Source of the DNA: Mobula hypostoma
Lineage: Eukaryota
Assembly (NCBI RefSeq): GCF_963921235.1
Contig: NC_086097.1
Location: 144,958,001-145,018,000, forward strand
Length of the DNA: 60,000 nt
Reading direction: 5' to 3'
The translations under genes were made by a program, and so were the position numbers. Below the pieces are notes generated by a model. That model saw only the letters and a program-made list of their open reading frames with translations. It did not search any database and was not told the DNA's origin. Positions 11,393 to 25,014 of the stretch are shown piece after piece. The first letter of the stretch is position 1, and every line of letters starts with the position of its first letter.

Positions 11393-12530
11393 CCATGACA
11401 CTGTTGCTTGTTTCCCTTCCTTCCATGTACGCTATGCTAGTTTACTGATGCCAAAAAATTGTTTAAGATCTCCCCCATCACATGAGGCTCCACACATAGA
11501 TGACCACTTTGATCTTCTAGGGGATCAGTTTTGTCCCTTACCTTTGGGTTTACCTTCACATTATCTGCCAAAGCAACCTCATGTCTTCTTTTTGCCTTCC
11601 TGATTTCCTTCTTTAGTATTTTCTTACATTTTCTAAACTCTTCATTTTTTCCTTGTTGCCTATACCTGCTATGCACCTCTCTCTTTTTCTTAACCAGATC
11701 ACCAATATCCCTTGAAAACCAAGGTTCCCTATGCCTGTTAACTTTGCCTTTAGTCCAGGCAGGAACATGAAAACTGTGCGCTCTCAAAATTTCACCTTTG
11801 AATGCCTTCTACCTACTGAACACATCCTTGCCAGAAAACAATTTAACCCAATCCACTCTCCCTAGATCCTTTCTCATTTCCTCAAAATTGGCCCTTCTCC
11901 AATTTAGAACCTTAACTCGAGGACCAGACTTATCCTTATCCATAATTAACTTGAAACTAATGACATTATGGTCAATGGACCCAAAATGTTCACCTACACA
12001 TACTTCCGTCACCTGACCTGTCTGGTTCCTTAATAGGAGATCAAGTATTGCATCCTCTCTCGTTGATACCTCTAAGTATTGATTTAGAAAACTTTCCTGA
12101 ACGCATCTGACAAATTCCATGTCATCTAACCCTTTTACAGTGTGGGAGTCCCAGTCAATATGGGGAAAGTTAAAATCCCCTGCTATTACAACTTCCTATT
12201 TCTTACATTGGTCTGCTATCTCTCGACAGATTTGCTCCTCCAATTCTCTCTGACTATTGGGTGGTCAATAATACAACCTTATTAGTGTGGTCACACCTTT
12301 TCCGTTCCTCAGCTCCACCCATATGGCCTCTGTAGACAAACCCTCTGGACGGTCCAGTCTACATACAACTGTGATATTTTCCCTGACTAGTAATGTCACT
12401 CCTCCCGCTTTCATCCCTCCCCCTCTGTCACGTCTGAAACAACGGAACCGTGGAACATCGAGCTGCCAGTCCTGCCCCTCCTGCAACCAAGTCTCACTTA
12501 TAGCAATAATGTCGTAATCCCACATGTCAA
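11393..12530 (-). mobile_element. CR1 LINE, 5' part (APE region) of the older outer copy
   Basis: YDIIAISETWL, AILDLLL, GSIDHN, EPWF motifs; collinear with 6175-7803. Confidence 0.9.
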
Positions 12531-13629
12531 CTTGAGTAACAAATGGGACAAAATACTTTGTGTATGTCAAATTTATTGGGATCTTGTGCCCAAAGCATCT
12601 ACTTTCTTTCCAGCACAAAGTGATGTCCATTGTTCTTAAAAGCGAACATACATATCACAAAATCACACTAAGTGCAAGCTAGTCAAGGCACATTACTACC
12701 TAGTGAATCGTATTCAGGTATGGAAACCTTCCAATGACCAGCAATCGGCAATGAAGTCCAAATTCCCTACTTTCAATGGCATACCAATAGATCTCCATGC
12801 ACAGATGGAGAAGGTGCAGTGGGTTTTGTTTCAATACTTTATTCGGATGGAATTGGACCTAGCTGAACCTCTCCTCTATCCTCCAAAACTATCCAATCTA
12901 TCTGGGGATCCATTTTGAAAATCTACACTCGAGCAGCACAAACAGTAAATGTTCTAATCTGGCACATTCCTTTATTTGCTTGTTCAAAAACAAAAGAATT
13001 GGCTTCATGTTTTTCTTAAAATAAAGGTCACTAGCATATTTTTGCATTTATTTCAAAAACAGCCTTCTAACTGTTACCTGGCAGCAGCAGAACTTTACAT
13101 GCTTTGTTCAGATAATGATAAAACCAGATTTCATTTTGAAATATAATGTGAGTTTCCTGTATATCAACATTACTATTTCATTCCATAATAAGATAATTTA
13201 TGCAATGGAAATGATTTCATGTGTTATCTTAATCCAAACATGCTGTTTAGCAAGGAATCACCCATTGCTCCTCACAAAAGTCCGTTTAAGATGATTTCCC
13301 AGGCTACGTGAATGAGCGAAGTCCTAGCAGCCGTTCCATGTTCAAATCATCAAAACCCCATTAGATGTTCTAAAAACCAGACTTTTTTAAAATTTCCTCT
13401 CCTGTAGCAAAGGCTACACCATAGAAAAAGAGATAGGCCTATTTCTCTATATAAACATCATTTGAGTTCCATTATTAGTTTCCAGCTTGTAGAGTTTAGT
13501 CTCTTATCAAATCAATTGGTTCAATATATTCAGAAGATTGTGGGCATCAATTGATAGTCAAGGTTAACATTTCAGTGGTATATTGACAGATTACTGTATT
13601 TTTTAGAAATTCTTATTGTTATGGTATTC

Positions 13630-13960
13630 AAATAGAACAACATTTTGCTCTGCTGATATTGAGGAGAAGCATGTTGTTGTGGCACCATATCATTAAGCTC
13701 TCTATCTCCTTCCCATATTCCGGTTTATTGTTATTTAGGATTCGGCTCACTACAGTGGTGTCATTTGCAAACTTGTACAGTGGGTGGAAATTTGAAGAAG
13801 AATCTGGCCTCACAGTCATGAGTGTACAGGAGTAAGTGTAGGGCTGAGGATGCAGCCTTGTGGAGTATCAGCATTGAGGAAAATCATGGTGGAGCTATTG
13901 CGGCCTAACTTTCCTGATTATGGTCTTTTGGTCAGGTAGTCCAAGGATACAGCTGCGAAG
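13630..13960 (-). mobile_element. Rex1/Babar LINE RT fragment
   Basis: YKFANDTTVV and WCHNNMLLLNIS motifs. Confidence 0.7.
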
Positions 13961-14084
13961 TGAATATTGGTTCCATAAGCAACACCAGTGATGGAACAAC
14001 ACATATTATGTAATCTCCTTGGTTTGAAGCTCAGAAGATCATACTATACATAATGGCTACCCTTTGTTAAGTAGCATGTGACAT

Positions 14085-14320
14085 AATGGCTACCCTTTGT
14101 TAATGTGGCATGCAACCTCTATTCATTCCCCACTGCTGTCTGGAAGGAGCTTGTACAGTACGTTCTTCCCATGACCTCATGGGCTTTCTCTGAATGCTCC
14201 AGTTCCCTCCCTCATTTCAAAGACGTACTGAATAGAAAGTTAATTGGACACATGGGTGTAACTAGGTGGCATGGGCTCGTTGGGCTGGAAGGACCAGGCT
14301 GTATCTCTAAATTTAAAAAA
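14085..14320 (+). mobile_element. V-SINE/HE1-type tRNA-derived SINE, decayed
   Basis: TGGGCTTTCTCTGAATGCTCCAGTTCCCTCCC...CAAAGACGT resembles the V-SINE central domain. Confidence 0.6.
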
Positions 14321-14719
14321 TACAGAGACAATAAGGGGTTATACAACTGATGTATTATCTTGTACCAAAGAAACTTGTTAATTGACTTGCTGGATCTGTT
14401 GCAATGTTTAAGCTCCATACAAACTACCTCCTAACCTATTTCCTCAAACCCAGACAATATCTCCTTTTTCTCGCTAGTTTCATTACCTTTGAAATGTGTT
14501 AGGAGCCCCACAGTTTCATTACTCTACAGGCAAAGAAATTCCTACTTACGGCAACAAACAATCTGCTGGAAGAACTCAGCAGTTCATGCAGCATCTTTGG
14601 AAGGAAAGGAATTGTCAATACTTCAAGTCCACTACAGATACTGCTTGACCCATTGACTTACTCCAGCAGATTGGTGATTCCAACAACTGCAGTTTTGTGG
14701 GGTTTTCTTGTGGTTGAGA

Positions 14720-15498
14720 GACAGATAGGAATGGGTGCTTAATGTCTCAGGTTCCAATGTTCTAGAAAAGATAGAGGGGGAGGTAAAAGATGTGAGATTT
14801 GCTCTGTTAATCAGGAAAAATATCACAACTACACTCAGAGGAGACATAATGGAAGGCTCATCCATTGAGTCTAATGTATATGGATAGAACTCAAAAATAG
14901 GAAGAGACTCATCCAATAGACACCGGGGCATTGAGGAACAGATATACAGGCAGATTAATGCAAGGTGTAAAAGCAATAGGGTTGTTGTCATGAGGTACTT
15001 CAACTTCCCTAATATAAACTGGGACCTTCTTAATGCAGAAGGTTTAGAATAGTTAGGTGCGTCGAATAGTTAGGTGTTTTTCACATCAGATAGTCCAACA
15101 AGGGAAGAGGTCATACTGGACCTGGTATTAGGTAATGAGCTTGGCTAGGTGATCAACCATCCAGCTGGTGAGCAGTTAGGCAACAGTGAACACAACTCCT
15201 TAAATTTTAGCATAGCTATAGATAAGGATAATTATGGACTTGAGGGAGAATATTAATTTGAAGCAGGGCAAAAAACGAGAGCTTTAGGCAGGAACTATGG
15301 AGAGTTGATTGGGAACAGCTGTCTTTGGGTAAGTCCACACCTGACATGTGGAGGACTTTTAAAGACCAGTTGCACAGAGAACAGGACAAGTATGTTCCAG
15401 TCAGAAGGAAAGACAAGGATGGAAAGGTAAGAGAACCTTGGATGTCGAGAGTGGGGATGAATTTAGTCAAGAAGAAAAAGGAAAAGCATGTAAAGCTT
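14720..15498 (+). mobile_element. CR1 LINE APE-region fragment, decayed
   Basis: YFNFPNINW, ILDLVLGNE, EPWMS motifs with stops. Confidence 0.8.
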
Positions 15499-15499
15499 T

Positions 15500-18350
15500 C
15501 CACATCTGTGATGTGGAAGGGAGGCAGCAGATTGGATACTTCAGCTGAATCAAGGCTCATGCTCGGTGATGGATTACAGGGTGGAATTCAGGAATGCCGC
15601 AGCGGAGTATGGCTGAAATGCTGAGGTGCTGTAGCATGGATTCATTTTGACCATCCCAGTCCCCAAACGGTACAGGATTATTCCTCGTCAAAAAGAAAGA
15701 TGGGGATCTCCATGCTTGCATTGACAATCTTGGACTCAACAAAATCATCATTACCCTCTCCCCTTGATGGATACTGCATTCAAGACACTTCACAGGGCCC
15801 AAATCTTCACCAAGCTGGATCTGCAAAGTGCATACAACCTGATCTGCATCTGCCATGGGAATGTGTGGAAGATGGTATTTATAATACTACTGGCCACGAG
15901 GAATACTTTCGGATTTTCCAACAGTCCATCCATCTACCAAGCCTTCATTAACGGGATCCTCTGAGATATGCTGCATAGGTGTCTGTTTGTCCACCTTGAC
16001 AACATCCTCGTCTTCTCCAGTGACCCCAAGATCAAATCTGTCACATTTATTCCATCCTTCAGCATCTTCTCAAAAACTAAGAGCACTGCAAGGTAGAGAA
16101 AAGCCAGCTCCACACCCCAGTTATTCCCTTCCTGAGGTACAACATTTTACCCCAAGGCATAACCATAGATCCAAAGTAGGTGCGCGCTATTATTGAACAG
16201 TCCCGACCGCGTTCCCTCAAACAGATACAGCTCTTCTTGAGATCCCCAACTTCTACCACTGTTTCATCACGAACTACAGCCAAATGACCACTTTTCTCAC
16301 TTCCCTCACTGAAGCACCTACCTCGTGGATAATCTGGTCTGCTGCCATGGACCACACACTTGAGGAGCTCGAGAGACTCTCCTGTTCTCCGCCATCCGAA
16401 CCCTCTGGACCTTTTGCGGTAGACCAGACATATCTGACGTAGGTGCTGGGTCCATCCTCTCTCAACAAGGACCAGATGGGAAGACACAACCTTGCACCTT
16501 CTTTGCATGCAAGTTCAACACTGCACCATTATAGAGTAGGAAACAGGGAGCTACTCACCATTAAATGGGCCTTGAAGGAAAGGAAACATTGAGAATAGAA
16601 TACAGCAACCCCTTCCTGATCTTGACTGACCACGAGAACCTATATCTATTCAGCAGACCTACAAACTCAACCCATGTTAGGCTTGCTGGACCCTCTTCTT
16701 TGAGCAATTCAACTCCACAGTTTTATATAAACCTGAACACTAAGACAGACGCCCTGTCATGACAGTTCAACCCAGCTGAAATGGAGATGAGGATGGTCCT
16801 CAGTCCATCTTTCCATCCTCCCCAGTTCTTGCCCTGATCATCTGGGACCTTAAGGAACAGATCCTCTATGACCTGCAGCACCAGCTTGCTCCGACCAACA
16901 CAGCTGGTAACTGCATGTATGTGTGTGTGTGGGGGGGGGGGCGGCGTGCTCTCCGTGGCACTCCACTGGGCCCATTCGTCACCCCTCTCCAGCCATCCAG
17001 GTGCACAACAGACTCCGAATTTTCTGCGATGCTAGTTCTGGTGGCCCACCATGATCTCCAGCGTATGTCAGTTCATCACTGCTTGCACTCAATATGCTCA
17101 GTTCAGTTCCTACAAACAGTAACCCTCTGGGCTTCTGCAGCCCCAGCTGGCCCCTTGGTGCCCATTGACCCACATTGCCATGGATTTCATCATGAGTTTA
17201 CCACCCTCCAATGAGGCCACGGTGACCGTGACAACTGTGGACCCATTCTTCAAGGCAGCCCACTTCATTGCCATCCCCAAACTACTGTCAGCTGCTGAGA
17301 TGGAGGACTTAGTTCTCCAGCATATAGTTCGTGTTGGATTGGGCCAACAATTCACCTCCCACTTCGGGTGTGTTTTCTGCTCCCTCCTCTGCACTTCAGT
17401 GAGTCTATCCTCTGGCTATCATCTGCAAACCAATGAAAGAGTCAATCAGCAAGTGAAGAAGTTTCTGTAATGCTTTGCCACGACTAACCATCCATGTGGA
17501 AGAGGCATCTTCTCTGAGCCAGGCTGTCCCATAATCACCACACCACCTCGGCCACAGGTATGTCACCCTTTGAAGTACTTCATGGCTACCAAGCTCTGTT
17601 GTTCCACATGGAGGAGGCAACGGTGGAGTTTCGACCACCAAGGCCCTGGTTGTCACTGCCAGAATACTTGGAAGAGGGCATAGAGGTCCATCTTAGCTGC
17701 TAACTGTGCCTACTGATGCCAGGCTGCTGCCTTCAGTGCCCAGAAAAACTACCCTAGCCTTGGAATCATGTCCGACCGAGATCTGCCCCACAAGCTCTCG
17801 CCTCAGTTCATTGGGCCCTTAAGGATTACCCATTGCATCCTTCCAATCACTTACTATCTCCAGCTGCCACCGTCCTTTAGGATCACACATACATTCCATG
17901 AGTTCTCCCTCAAGCCTGTAGTTCATGAACCAATCAACGAAGCTGAGCCTGCATCTCTAGAACCTAGGAGGGTGGAAGGTGGTCCAGTGATGGATTCACA
18001 TCATCATGGACGTGGTGTGCAGTACCTGGTTGACTGGGAAGGGTATGGACCAGCAGGGAGCTCTTGGGTTCCACAGGACCCATTCAGATCATCCTGAGCT
18101 GATGGGTGTCAACAGTAGGGGGAGGGGGGGTCACTTGTAGCCTACTTAAACCCAGCTTTCCTCCACCGTCCTTGTCCAGTCTCAACCAGTTGCTCCTAGC
18201 CGTCAATAACCTTTTTGTCTTGCCGTGTAAGCTACCTGTTCTCTCTTCTGTTGTGCCCTTTATGGCTTGTTATTTTGCAGTTTATTATTGCAGTGATCGC
18301 TCACTACTAATTCATCTTCACTGCTCTTTGTTTGGGTCAAGCCATTGATT
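15500..18350 (+). mobile_element. Decayed Ty3/Gypsy (chromovirus-type) LTR retrotransposon
   Basis: gag piece (GREAADWILQLNQG..VMDYRVEFR), RT (FLVKKKDG, IFTKLDLQSAYNLI), RNase H (ILTDHENL), integrase (HIAMDFIMSLP, SGYHLQTN, KLSPQFIGP), chromodomain (QYLVDWEGYGPAGSSWVP), polypurine tract 18117-18130, then TG at 18136. Confidence 0.92.
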
Positions 18351-21300
18351 AGAGTATGTGCAGATGTAGTAGAAGCGTTCCCGCTCAAGTCCAGCGAAGA
18401 GCTTTAAAAAGCCGGAAGTTTTTCAACGGAAGTCTTTGATTGGAGTAAGGAACTGGAACTGAAACTAGCTGACCTTTGGCTTGTTAGGGAAAATGAAGAG
18501 GTGATAGACAGGAGCTACAGGGAGGTAGTCACCCCAAGGCTACAGGAGACAGATAAATGGGTAACTGTCAGGAGAGGGAAAGGAGAATGTCAGATAGTGA
18601 AGAGCACGCCTGTAGCCGTCCCCCTAACAATAAGTACTCCACGTTGACTACAGTTGGGGAGGAACGACCTACCTGCAGGAAGCAACAGTGACCGTGCCTC
18701 TGGCACTGAGCCTGGCCCTGTGGCTCAGAAGGGGAGGGAACTGAAGAGGATGGCAGCAGTAATAGGGGACTCTGTAGTCAGGGGGACAGATAGGCGATTC
18801 TGTGGATGCAAAAAAGAAACTGGGTGGTAGTTTGTCTCCCAGGTGCCAGGGCCCGCGATGTTTCTGAATGCATCCACAACGTCCTGAAAAGGGAGGGTGA
18901 GCATCCAAAAGTTTTATATATATATTGCTACCAACAACATAGGTAGAAAAAGGGAGGACGTCCTAAAAGCAGAATACAGGGAGATGGGAAGGAAGCTGAG
19001 AGGCAGGACCTCAAGTGTGATAATCTTGGAACTGCTGCCTCTGCCATGCGGCAGTGAGAATAGGAATAGAATGAGGTGGCAGATAAATGTGTGGCTGAAG
19101 AATTGGAGCAGGGGACAGGGATTCAGATTTCTGGATAATTGAGACCTCTTCTGGGGAAGGTGTGACCTGTACAAAAGGGATGGGTTGCACTTGAATCGGA
19201 GGGGACCAATATTCTTGCAGGCAGGTTTACCTGAGCTGTTGAAAGTGATTTAAACTAATATGACAGGGGGATGGGAACCAGTATGATAGAGCTGAGAATG
19301 AGCCAGCAGGTTTATAAGTAAATGATGGATGTAACATTAATGTAAGGAAGGACAAGCCAATGATTGAGTACAAATGCAGACAGAGCAAAGAGTTAAATTG
19401 TACCTGAGAAGCAAAATTTTTAAGGGTGAAGAATGCAGGACTGAAGGTGTATTTAAATGTGCGTAACATTCGGAATAAGGTGGACAAACTCATGGTGCAA
19501 TTAGAGATTGGTCTGTCTGACATTGTGGGCATCACTGAGTCGTGGCTGAAAGAAGGCCGTAGTTGGGAACTTAACATCAAAGGATATACTTTGTATTGAA
19601 AGGACAGGCAGGAAGGCATAGACAGTGGTGTAGCTCTGTTGGTAAGAGATGGAATTACATCTTTAGAAAGAGGTGACATAGGGTCAGAGAATTTTGAATC
19701 TTTGTGGGTGGAGTCAAAAAACTGCAAGGGTGAAAAAGCCATTATGTGAATCATTTATAGGCCTCCAAATAGAGACCAACATGTGGGGTTGAGATTGCAA
19801 AGGGAGCTGGAAAAGGCATGTAATAAGGGTAATGTCACAATTGTAACGGGGGACTTCAATATACAAGGGGATTGGGAAAATCAAGTTGGTGTCTGATCAC
19901 AAGAGAGGGAATTTGTTGAGTGCTTACAAGATGGCTTTTTAGAGCTGCTTGTGGTTGAGCCTAATCAGGGAAAGACTATCTTAGATTGGATGCTGTGTAA
20001 TGACCCAGAACTTTATTAGGGAGCATAAGGTAAAGGAACCCTTACGAGGCAATGATCAAAATATGATTGAATTCATTCTGCAATTTGAGGGGGAGAAGTA
20101 TAAGTCACATGTATCATATCGCTTGCCCAGGTGGATTGGAGAAGGATACTGACAGGAATGATGGCTGAGCAGAGGTGGCTGAAGTTTCTGGGAATAGTTC
20201 ACAAGGCACAGGATAGAAATGTCCTATATAATATGTTCTCAAATTGCAGGGGGAAGGCAACCATGGCTGACAAATGAAGTTAAGGACTGCACAAAAGCCA
20301 AGGAAAGGGGACATATAAGGTAGCAAAAGTGAGTGGGAAGTTGGGTAATTGGGCAGCTTTATTTCTTTTAAATACTTTATTTTCAAAATTTTCAAAAAAA
20401 CAAACAAATCAACAAGAACATATAAGCTCAGACATGTGCGAAAATAAAATGAGGGGAAAAAAGGACATAATATTAGAGGGATGCCTGTTGTACAGAGTGC
20501 TCAAAAATGTTAAACATTAAGTCTCGGATGAGGGCTGTGAGAGATTAGTTGGGGGGAAATCGTTCATCTGCCCCCTGCCTCCTCTAGGTAAGAAAGAAAT
20601 GGGTGCCAGATAGCTGAAAATTTTATAATTGAATTGGTTCTCAAGAACTTGAGTCTTTCCATCTGTATGACTGAGATCATGTCAGCCATCCATCTCCGGA
20701 AGGAAGGGGGGAGAGGGTGATTTCCATTCCCTCAAGATAAGTCTTTTGGCAACAGTCATCCCCAGCATCAGAGACTGTTGTATGGCTGTAGGGAAGCATA
20801 GAGTGGATTGTGAACAGTCAAAGATGGTGAGACCAGCTTCCAAAGGGAAGGATCTTTTATAGGCCTTTGAGTACCAGTCAAATATTTTGGACCAAAATCC
20901 AGTCAGTGAAGGGCAAAACCAAAAGGTGTGTGACAATGTGCCCTCCATCCCTTGACATCTATCACACATTGGCGAGACAAAAGAGTAAATCTTGTGCAAC
21001 CTGAGTTTAGACTAGTGAAGACGGTGGACAACTTTAAACTGGACCAGTTGGAAGCTTTTAAAATCCAACAAAAGGCAACTAAAAAAGCAGTAAGAAGGGA
21101 AAAGATGAAATATGAGGGCAAACCAGCTAATAATATAAAGCAGGATACTTGAAGTTTTTTCAGTTATATGAAGAGTAAAAGGAGGTGAGAGTTGATATTG
21201 GACCAACAGAAGATGATGCTAGTGAGGTAGTAATGGGAATTTAATGACTACTTTGTATCAGTCTTCACTGTGGAAGTGTGCCAGAAGTCCATGAGTGTCA

Positions 21301-21820
21301 GGGAGCAGGAGTGAGCGCCATTGATAATGGATGCATTGGTCATGATCTTTCAAGAATCACTTCATTCTGGCAAGGTCCCAGAGAACTGGAAGATTGCAAA
21401 TGTCACTCCACTCTTTAAGAAGGGAGAAAGGTAAAAGAAGGCGGGGGGGGGTGGAATCTCATTGAACCCTACCAAATTTGAAAGGACTAGATAAGGTTGG
21501 TCCAGAGAGAATGTTTCCTATGGTGGGGGTATCCAGACGGGTGATCTTTTGGAACAGAGGTAAGCAAGAATTTATTTAGCCAGGGAGTAGTGAATCTGTG
21601 GAATGCTCTGCCTCATTCTGCAGTGGGGGCCAAGTCCATCGGTATATTTAAAGTGGAACTTGATAGTTTCATGATCAGTCAGGGCGTCAAAGGATATGGT
21701 GAGAAGGCAGGTGTATGGGTTTAAGTGGGATCCGGGATCAGCCATGATGGAATGGCAGAGCAGGCTCAATGGGCTGAATGGCCTAATTCTGCTCCCATGT
21801 CTTATGGTCTTACGGTCTAA
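18350..21820 (+). mobile_element. CR1 LINE, decayed, with ORF1 esterase and APE remnants, RT-core deletion and a nested L1
   Basis: VIGDS, ATNNIG, DGLHLN, YLNVRN, ITESWL, GDFN remnants; CR1 3' hairpin and tail at ~21770-21820. Confidence 0.9.
20358..21048 (-). mobile_element. L1-clade LINE 3' fragment nested in CR1
   Basis: LVQFKVVHRLH..RLHKIY..SPMCDRC...GTLSHTFWFCP..AKRLILREWKS (L1 ORF2 cysteine-rich C-terminus); AATAAA and A-rich tail. Confidence 0.85.
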
Positions 21821-21854
21821 ACCTCCTCGACATTTCCTATCAAGCATGTAACTT

Positions 21855-22090
21855 TAAAGGTGATGTGAGGGACAAGTTTCACAGAGAGTGGTGGGTTCCT
21901 GGGGTGATGGCAGAGGCTAATACATTAGGGACGTTTAAGAGATATTTAGATAGCCACATGAATGTGAGGAGAATGGAAGGATATGGAAGGTTATGGACAT
22001 TGTGTAGGCAGAAGAGTTATTTCATTGCTAACTTAATTGACTTGGCACAACATTGACACAACATTAGCTATGCTGAATATGTTCTATATT
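21855..22090 (+). mobile_element. CR1 3' end fragment
   Basis: VMAEANTLGTFKRYLDSHM and TTCTAT tail. Confidence 0.7.
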
Positions 22091-24479
22091 GTTGAAAATT
22101 ACATCTACTTCCATTTTGAATGCATTAGTATTTTCATTTTACTTATCAGCACTCCTGCCAGAGCAGAACTATTTTATTAATCATCCATTGTGTCAAATAC
22201 TCATATAATCATTAAAATCCTCTATCACATCACACCTCATTCTTCATTTTTTCTGGAGAAAAGATTCCCAAATGATTCCAAAACCACAGCAGGTGCTGGA
22301 AATGCAAAATAAAAACAGATAATCCTGGAAGAACTTAAAAGGCCAGGCAGCAACTTCAGCGATATGAACATTGCTGTTTCTCTTTCTACAGATGTTGTGT
22401 GGCCCCATGGGTGTTTTACCATATCTATTTTTAATTTATATTTCCAGCATCTACAATGTTTTGCTTTTGAGTCCCTGGCAAGTGCGTGTGTAACTCCAGT
22501 TCCCTATCTCCACAGATTCTGCGAAATTTCCTAGTTACCGTCATTATTTCAGATTTCCAGCAACTGATGTGCTCTGCAGCTCATATTTTCAGCTTATTTT
22601 CTATTATTTCGCTCTCTTCTGTTCCCCTTCAATTTAGTCCTCCTCCAGGCAAATTAGCTGCCATTATTAGGCATTTACCAGTCCTTCACAGCTGAAGCCA
22701 AAGTTTTTCATTTCATCCCCACTGTATCACAAACATTCCCCTTTTCCTTTCCACCATCTCACTTCTCTGCAACTTAAAGCATGTTTGTTCTCCAAATGTT
22801 CTTATTTCTAACAACTGAAACATCAGCTATGGTTCTTGCTTCACAAGATGTTGCCTCACCTGCTGAGGATTTCCTGCATTTTCTGGTAACATTCTAGTAA
22901 ATATTGTTTTCACATGACCTGCATTATATACAGTACTTAGTTCATTAAGAAGCCCGGAATCATTTACAGTGCCCAGGCATCATCTAATCTAAGTTCTGTA
23001 TAGGAGTACCAATGCTTATCAATATTATCCCTAGAGAAATTAATTCCACTATCTTATCTGTTTATATAGTGGACATTATCTAATTAAACTATATTTAGTG
23101 CTTAATACATCAGGGCTGCCAAACCCTTGTTCTCCACTCATACACTTCTAAAAATTATTTTCTCTCAATATGTAGCCTCTTTAAGCTGCATGAAAAAAAA
23201 TGTGCTATTTCACACTTTTCATTTGCCAATTACATGCCTGTACTACAACTTTACAATCTCTCAGAAATTAACTCCTGATTGGAAGCATAAAAACAAAAGA
23301 ATTTTCATGGATTCATTTGGCATGTTGAAATGTCCATAAGGCATGTAATATTATGCAGAACACTAGAGTGCAAAGTGGGGCAGGGAGAGTACTATACCTT
23401 GAAACAGTTCAATGTCTGTTAGAACATTATTTGGTATTTGGAAGGTAGTGAGTGTGGAATGACGTTACATCAATGTGTCAACAAGAACCGAATGCACAAC
23501 AACAAGTAAAGAAAGTTCATCCAGCCCGGTGTTCCATGTTATTGTAACATAGAAGCCAACTGGAAAAGTCTGCCTGTGTCCTTCCAAACAGCAAAAAGAG
23601 GCCCATCATTTACAAACGGGATCTGAAGTGTAATACTCAGCTGAGCGGCAGTTTCCAGCACCCCCATCCAAACCATGTGCCAAAACAAATGTAGGCTGTG
23701 AGCAAAAAGCAAGAAAAAAATAAAAGTTTGTGGCATGGAATGGAAACAAGTCCAGTTGGCTAATAGTATCTCAGCTGGTAGGCCAGTTGAATCCTACTGA
23801 AGCAGAAGAGATTGAGGCTCTACGGGCACGACAGTGTGTACACTTGGAGAATGCAATTGGTACAAGATAAAGTCCAGAATAATGACTACACCTTATATCA
23901 ATGACTTAAGGTTGATGGTCTTTTTTTCTCCAAACTTGCTCTCATAAATTAATATTGGAGTAAAATCAAATTCATCCTTTATTTTTATTCATTTCCTGGA
24001 TATGGGTATTATTGAAGACTACTTTTTTTGTTTCTAATTCCTGGTTGTCTTTGAGAAACTGATATTTGGACCTCTTTCTTGAATAGTGAATATAAGACGT
24101 TCCAGGATTTGGCCCACCAAGAATGAGGTCCTCTGGCTAGAAACTTGTCTGCATTATATTTTGTTATTGTGTCTGCGGCAATGCCATGATTTCAACATCA
24201 ATAATCAGGCCATCGGACTATTACAAGACTACCTAATATCTATCTATCTACCTATCTCTATCTCTCTCTCTCTCTCTCTCATAAGACCTTAAGCGGAAAA
24301 ACTTCCAACATTCCACTATATTCCACTTAGCTCATTAGTAAAGGACTTAAAGTCTCTGAGCTGCTTGTCATTTCATTCTCTTTACCTGAAAGGGTATTTA
24401 TAAAGAAATGCCAGTTCAATGGCAAAGTAACTTAGGAGTGATTTAGCGATATTCCTGATAATTTACCATTGTTAAACAG

Positions 24480-24770
24480 CCGTGCAGAAGTAGGCATCAC
24501 ACTACTTCTGCAAAGCCATGTTCAGCAAAGGAAATCCTTGCATGGATTCAGAGCAGTAATGGTGAGTTCCAGCATCAGAAGGCAAGACCTCCCACTCACC
24601 GTCCATGCAGTCAATGAGTTGGGTTAGCAATGTGGAATAACTCAAAACAAGAGAGAACAACACCACAAAAATGCTCTGGCAGGTTTTTCACAACTGCTAC
24701 TTAACTAGTTGTAAAGTACTTTGGCATTTCGAGAGGTTTTAAACGCCTCTACAGAAATTCAAGAGTAAAA
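24480..24770 (+). mobile_element. Ancient DeuSINE/L2-tailed SINE remnant
   Basis: 3' end TTGTAAAGTACTTTGG..GAGGTTTTAAACGCCTCTACAGAAATTCAAG resembles the L2-derived SINE tail. Confidence 0.4.
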
Positions 24771-25014
24771 TACCGCAAGTGCTAGAAATCTAATTCAAAA
24801 GCAAATACTGAAAAGTACAAACCATTCATCAACTTGAAAATATTAACTTTGTTTCTTTCTTCACAGGTGTTGCTGAACTTTCTGTATATTTTAAGTGATT
24901 TCTATTTTTATTAAAGTAATTCAAGCCTTTCATTCTTTTTCTTGTGAATCTCAAGTCTTTGTTCTTTTAATTCATTTAAAATAGTATGGTTTAGTTTATA
25001 TTTACCAAGGAGAT

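Noticed and set aside
17768..18097. Domesticated chromodomain gene
   Set aside because: It is part of a Gypsy integrase with many upstream stops and frameshifts
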